A DNA stretch of 64,000 nucleotides from Eledone cirrhosa (lineage: Eukaryota): the NCBI GenBank assembly GCA_964016885.1, contig OZ024740.1:329654001-329718000 (forward strand), read 5' to 3'. Shown piece after piece: positions 54,988-64,000 of the stretch (position 1 is its first letter; each line of letters begins with the position of its first letter). The translations under genes were made by a program, and so were the position numbers. The notes beneath the pieces are model-generated. The model saw only the letters and a program-made list of their open reading frames with translations. It did no database searches and was not told the DNA's origin.

Positions 54988-55755
54988 GTTAACTTGGTTA
55001 GCTTGATTCGTTTTTTCGGATCCGGTGGCTAATAGCTTCATGACCGCCGTTTTCAATTTGTTTGGCCTCTATAACGTATGTTAATTGCTCATGTATCGAA
55101 AATTGCGTTTCGCTTTGTTTTTGACCACAGCCGAAATGCGATCTCGCTGAAATTATATTTGTATTAATCTCCCGAGCCTTGCAATTAATTAGTTAATTGT
55201 ATTAGACAGTTCTATTGACTAATTAATTGCTTAAGTTTATTTAAAAGCAACCCGGTCTAGCGCTTAATTCGATTTGTGCAGTTTTTGCAATTCTTGCAAT
55301 AATTTTACACATTCTGAATCCATCCACCAAAACCGGGGTTTCCTCACTCGCAGGGTAAACACGTGGGGTAATCACTCCAACACTACTAGTGCAAGGAACC
55401 CCAGCTCGCAGGCTGAGAACAAAATACGTGTTGACGAAATGGCAGCCTTGTTCGATCGTTATACCAACAGCTTACAATGAAAGCAAGCAGTATAATTGAT
55501 ATAGGTTTCACAGAAATCTTCCACTGGGGCCAGGTAAATTCGTATGTTTAACCTGTTTGGCTTGCTTAGTTTTTTCGGCTCCGGTGGCTAATAGCTTCAT
55601 AACCACCGTTTTATGTTTGTTTGGCTTATATACGGTATGTTAATTGCTCTGGTCTTCTATTATCCCATTGAGCGGTTGCCGCACATCTCGAAAACTGCGT
55701 TTCGCTTTGTTTTTGACCACAGCCGAAATGCGATCTCGCTGAAATTATATTTATA

Positions 55756-55757
<2 letters not shown>
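54988..55757 (+). mobile_element. Family G: partial 3' copy (54988-55165) in tandem with a longer unit, in (TA)n
   Basis: 54988-55165 repeats 55548-55757 with an indel; internal 17-bp hairpin at 55181-55230; homologous to 6369-6895. Confidence 0.7.
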
Positions 55758-55816
<59 letters not shown>

Positions 55817-55820
<4 letters not shown>

Positions 55821-55940
55821 ATAATAATAAATTTGAAGACTAAAATCCAAAGTGGGCTCGATAAGGATAAATTTCAGAAGATCCCGTTAAGGGTGAAAGC
55901 AGCGATTCTTTGCTTAAACTTTCATCTGTTATTTTAATAA

Positions 55941-55942
<2 letters not shown>
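55817..55942 (-). mobile_element. Family E mini-insert (tail + inverted arm) with an HHR-like motif at 55870-55920 (+)
   Basis: aattt-CAGAAGA-tccc gttaa gggt-GAAA-gca..tgc-TT-aaact; matches 59878-60122. Confidence 0.7.
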
Positions 55943-56032
<90 letters not shown>

Positions 56033-56219
56033 AAATATGTATCTTTCTGTGTTGAATTAGATATGCTACAACATCAATCTCCCCGCTAACACCCCCACCA
56101 CTAATAACCTTCATGTATGTATGTATATGCCTATGTACGGATATATGCATGTATGTATGCATGTATATGAGTTCTTCCTCCGGATGGCAGGGTTGTAAAC
56201 AAAAGGACATTTTCTGTGT

Positions 56220-56720
56220 CTCTTGTGTAAGCGTTCTCTGAACGTAAGATAATGTTATAGGTATTACAGATATCGCATCTATGTGTAACTTATGCTTTAA
56301 GGAGTTACATACTTTCTCCACAAATCCAGGTGCAGTTTTACTTTGGTCTATGGATGTTGGTATATAATCTCGAGCTCCAATAATAAGGGATGTGAAGCTG
56401 AAAGTGTATCTTGGATGACGTATCTGTAACTTCTTAACTGATTCGTAACTATCCTCCTCTCTTTCAATTTTCCTTTCACGTTGACATGAAGTCGGCAGCT
56501 GACCATACTCTGTTGAACTGACCATGCTCTGTTGAGCATGCTTTTAATATATGGTATCAAACAACAATATCAGATCGGTTTTACTTTTTTATAGTGGTGG
56601 TTTTAATATTTAGATTCTACCAGTATTCCATTGAGCTATCAGTCTCAATATATTCTTGCCTATTCTATTATATTTTCTGTTTTCGTAATACATCCCATAT
56701 ACTTCTACATTGCACGTGAT
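56220..56720 (-). mobile_element. RLE-type LINE 3' fragment
   Basis: EYW*NLNIKT..DL.., KIEREEDSYE..LQIRHPRYTFSFTSLIIGARDYIP, a restriction-like endonuclease C-terminus. Confidence 0.7.
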
Positions 56721-57079
56721 ATAGATGTATGCATGTATGCATTTATGAAATCATTTATGTAGGTAGGCATGTATTTATGTAAGCATGTATACCTGTATAT
56801 AGGCGTATATGTATAAATACATATGTGTATGAATTTTATCTATGTATATATTTTTTGTATGTATATATATGCGTGTATATATGTACGTATGTATGTTACC
56901 CATGTTTTTATTTTCAGATATAACTATAGTAGAGCATCAACCCAGAAACAATATCAATGTTAGCGTATGTATGCAAAGTTTGTATATTTTACGTGCTAAT
57001 ATGTGTAGATTTCATATAAATTGATATCTAGTATTTAACAACTTTAGAATTTAGATATAAATCGTGAAGCATTTTATGT

Positions 57080-57243
57080 TAAAGGATCGGACGCCATGCT
57101 TTGCAGAGTTACGGCCCTTTATGGTCTGAATTCGAATCCCGCCGAAGTTAACTTTGCCTTTCATCCTTACGGGGTCGATAAAATAAAGTACCAGTAATAC
57201 ACTGGAATAATTGCTGGCCTTGTGCCAATAGTAGAAACAATTA
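57080..57243 (+). mobile_element. Nin-domain tRNA-derived SINE
   Basis: B-box-like gaattcgaatcc, Nin core and ggccttgtgcc tail. Confidence 0.88.
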
Positions 57244-57560
57244 TATGTGAAAATTTACCTTGTAATATTTTTATAAACTAATTAGAAACTCATATTTCTG
57301 ATGCTTACGTTTTTGATCGCATTCACCTCTGACTAGATGAGGGTTTTGAGGTCTGAGTTCAACAATTTAGTAATATAGCCAGGTACACAAATAATTATAG
57401 GACAAATATAGATATATAATCTTGAAACAAACGTTGTATTATCCCTTTCCAGGGTTGTGTAAGTCAGGTTATCATAAAAGTCGTGATATGTCTCGCAACT
57501 GATTTGGTCAGATTGTTCAAGTTCAATAACTTATGGTGTGTTGTGCTTGTATGCCTCTCT

Positions 57561-57619
<59 letters not shown>

Positions 57620-57655
57620 CATATCTATCTATATATCTATATATCTATCTATCTA

Positions 57656-57730
<75 letters not shown>

Positions 57731-59776
57731 ATGTGTGTGTGTGAGTGTGTGTGGGGGTGTATGTGTATGCATGTGTGTGTATGTATGTGCATACATACAC
57801 ACATACACATATATATTGTATATATATATATATATATGGGTGTGTGTATTTATACAATATATATACGTATTTAGTTTATGTATGTATATATGTATGTCCG
57901 GATGTTTAGATTTATACCAGTGCATACGTGTTTGCATGTAAGTTTGAACGAACATGAACTTTCGGTAGACAGAACATCTGGAATATTTAACAGCTTTTAT
58001 TGTTCCAGTAATGGGTGGTGATTGTAAATCTTTATAAATGGTTATAAATGACTGTTATTGTGCGGTCTAGTTTCTTAAATTGTTGTTGAGACATTTAGTT
58101 ATACAATTAAATGCCTCAATGATCACTTTTATAAATTTACATTTTGTGTCAGAATTCTCATTAGTCTGCCATAAATATATTCTTCTTTTCATCTTTAACG
58201 TTATGGACAAAGAATTTCTATTACTGCGTACAAATGAATCTCAGAATATTGTATCTGCCTAGTTTTGTGTTACGTTGTTAGAGAGTTTTTGACAATAATA
58301 TAACATTTGTATTGTTTCTTAATATTGCTTAGCATGAATTCCACAACTCAACAATTTCTTATAATTCGCTCTCTTTATCCGGTCTATTGCTTTCTATTTG
58401 CGCCATTACTCTATGAATCATCGTCAGATGAAATGTCGAGCTGCTGGTCAGATTATGAATATTTCAAACGTTAAATATAATATATGTAATGTGTGTGAAG
58501 GGAATTATAACCTATGTTTCTGGCGTTTGCCAATTTTAGGCAACGGAAAAACTTAGAAGACTTTTATTTTAGTGAGGCGGTGCCGTTGTGCATTGGTATC
58601 TGTATAATGGTTTCCATCCGTGGATTAATTCCACAGGGTGTCGTAAAATAGGTTTTTGCCTACATGATAACACATTTACGAATTGTATATTTTAGTTTTA
58701 CGTGATGTTTATGGATTACGAACTTAGAAGCAAAAACAATGTTTGTTATTCCACGTTTAAATAATTTATTTATGTTAATATATGTCTGAATCAGGGTGAA
58801 AATATGAACATACTTGAAATTCTTTCTGATTGTCGAAATTATTTTTTCTAGTGTGTTGTTGTATTTGTCAATATATATTTTACTCTTCGCTTTCCATTAA
58901 AGAATGGGTATTTTTTCTTGTCCATGAGTATATATCTATACACGCATATGATGCGCAGGTAACATATACATAATCATCTAGGTGTATATGAAAAATAGCT
59001 AAGTGTACATTAAATTTGATTATATTAATGTATACGTATATTACGACGTTTACAAGGTAGCTGTGGTACACCTGACTTAGTATGCCGGTGACTCAGGTTT
59101 TGTTCTGAATACAATAACCACAATAACCATAAGGTAAACATGTATCTTAAAATTAAATCTTTCCTCCTACACTTGAATCACATAGATTTAAGATCTCAGT
59201 TGACATATTCGGAAAGGTATTAAATACACATTTTTATTACACATTCACGGCTTAGAGAAAATGCACAGGTGACGTGTCTTTTACTCAGCCCTGTAGAACT
59301 TAACATGTAGCGTTAAACTTCCTTAAAAAGGGTCGAAAAGTGCTTCACTACCTCTCATAAAAGAAGTACTAACAGTCCGTTAATATGAAGTACGCTCATT
59401 TATGTAGTGATATATGCCGTTACAGTAATTGTTTTAGTGTTTAGTAAAGGCCATGCTGACAATATTTTGGTGAGTATTTTAATGAAACGACTCTACTAGA
59501 TGTAAATCCTATTTATCAAATTAGTGAAAGTAATTGTAATATATATATATATACATACATTAAGTAAGAATCTGCGATGCACTTCGCTTTCCGAAAAAGG
59601 TATATTGAAAAGTGTCCGTTAAGTATAAATCCATACTTTCTTATTACTTTCTGCCTTCTCTGTCACAGCCCCCTTGTATTAAAACATTCAAATACTTTTT
59701 TATCTGTTTGTATACAACATTTAAGGAAATGCCCCGTATGTGTATGTATGCATACGCACACACACGCACACACACA

Positions 59777-59862
<86 letters not shown>

Positions 59863-59877
59863 TACATATATATATAT

Positions 59878-60122
59878 ATATTTATTAGAATAACAGATTA
59901 AAGTTTAAGCTAAGAATCGCTGCTTTCACCCTTAACGGGATCTTCTGAAACTAACAAAGTCAATCTGTAAACGCAGAACTGGATATTTCAAAAAACGATT
60001 CTTTGCTTAAACTTTAATCTGTTATTTTAATAAATATTTGCTCTACGGTTCTTATATATTTGATATATATTTTCCTTATCGAGCCCTCTTTGGATTTTAG
60101 TCTTCAATTTTATTATTATTAC
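59878..60122 (+). mobile_element. Family E foldback: inverted arm with HHR-like motif (59902-59952, minus), short forward arm and tail, in (TA)n
   Basis: Minus: agttt-CAGAAGA-tccc gttaa gggt-GAAA-gc..gc-TT-aaact; 59996-60037 is the reverse complement of 59878-59919. Confidence 0.72.
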
Positions 60123-60129
60123 TATATAT

Positions 60130-60189
<60 letters not shown>

Positions 60190-61093
60190 GGAGAGAGACA
60201 GAATATGTGTGTATTGGCGTTTAACATTTACTAATGAATGTGTCACCCGTTTGAGTACCCCATGCTAACATTTGCTGCCCTGTGCCTAAATCAGAAACCA
60301 TTATGTATATCTATAAATGTAATGATACTTATACATATATGTTTGTGTGTGTGCGTGTGTGTATGTGTGCGTATGTGAGGTGTTAATAAAATTACTAAAT
60401 ATGTACGGGTATATGAATATTGTTATAAAAGACGATATTTCTAAATATTTAAATTTAACATTATCACGGAGAAATTGGCCATATATTTTTATGGAAAAAA
60501 TGTTTAAAGATTCATTAAATGTGGCTGAGATTATTTTCGAGATACTTAACCGACATATATTTCAAATCTATTTTGGCATACTTAGAAATATTGGTACACC
60601 TAATTTGATTTAATATATTTTTTTTTCTGAAATCTTTATGCAGACTCAAGCTTATATTAGAAACCACAAAACTACATTGAGAAGAATTGTAAATATTGCA
60701 ATTTAATAAATCAAAGCATCTCTTGCAGACAAACAATAAACGTTAAAATTACAGGAAGTTATTTAAAAGAATTATGCCAGTTACTTAAATCGAAATATGT
60801 TATTTATGTTCTATTCAATGATATATTAAATCATTCACTACTACTTTGATCTTCTTCTGATGTCTATATGCCGAGTTTCTGTGGTGTATTATATATGCTT
60901 TCTCTCCTCACCATGAAACTATTCATATTCATATTTTGTTATATTCGTTATACAAACAACCATATATTTCTCTCTATGTGTCCTTTTCTCTCCCCCATCT
61001 CTCTTTATATATATTGATGTATGTTTATATATATGTATGTACACAAACATGCACATGCACACACACATATTTACATACTCACATATTTACATA

Positions 61094-61162
<69 letters not shown>

Positions 61163-61642
61163 ATGTGGGTCTCTTCTTGCTCACATCTCACACACATCAA
61201 CACGGTCTGTACCTCTCTCGCTCATGAAATCCACCCAGATTATGCTGACCGGACAACCATGACTTGTTTATTTTCGTATCTTCGGTTTGCTTTTATCCTT
61301 CAATGTTGTTTACTTGTGCCCCTCGCCTTGTGCGAATTCTGGTCGCAATAACTTTTTTTAGTTATTGCTCGCACCAACCTGAGGTATCTGATTTTTAATG
61401 CGATGAAATACCATTGATGGTTGGAAAATCACTGAGGAAGGACTATTTTTATCATATGTAACCCATGTGCAAACCTCGCAGTATTCTTCTTTCTTCTCAT
61501 GTTTTATATATATATATATATATTAGTAAAAGGAAAAGAAAATACTGACGAATATTTCCCAGTGTAAAATAGTTTAATTAGGAATAAGTACAAATTAGTA
61601 ATAAGTATTGGTTAGTATTCAGTTTTAGTTGTAAATTTTAAG

Positions 61643-64000
<2,358 letters not shown>

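Overview
AT-rich, microsatellite-dense animal genomic DNA with no host protein-coding gene I can support. The Nin-domain SINE and the LINE mix suggest an octopod cephalopod (inference). Almost everything interpretable is retroelement-derived. (1) A ~15-kb nest at (TAA)n repeats (36.3-51.3 kb) holds two long R4/Dong-type RLE LINEs, a full-length Tx1/L1-type LINE, several SINEs and a Dong 3' fragment. (2) Several Penelope-like elements (PLEs) are present as RT and GIY-YIG remnants, one with a Naiad-like RT. (3) There are decayed RTE, CR1, RLE and Jockey/I-like fragments. The main unannotated signal is a dense set of type I hammerhead ribozyme (HHR) motifs: about 9 distinct sequence families and about 18 copies, found by eye. 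They sit in PLE pseudo-LTRs and in short non-coding inserts in (TA)n tracts, most with an inverted arm + forward arm + short tail layout. They include a 426-bp tandem HHR monomer (retrozyme/circRNA candidate), a compensatory U3-A8 core and recurrent U4 variants. A short motif recurs about 50 nt before the 3' junction of most of these inserts. All folds and family assignments were made by eye and need computational and biochemical confirmation.
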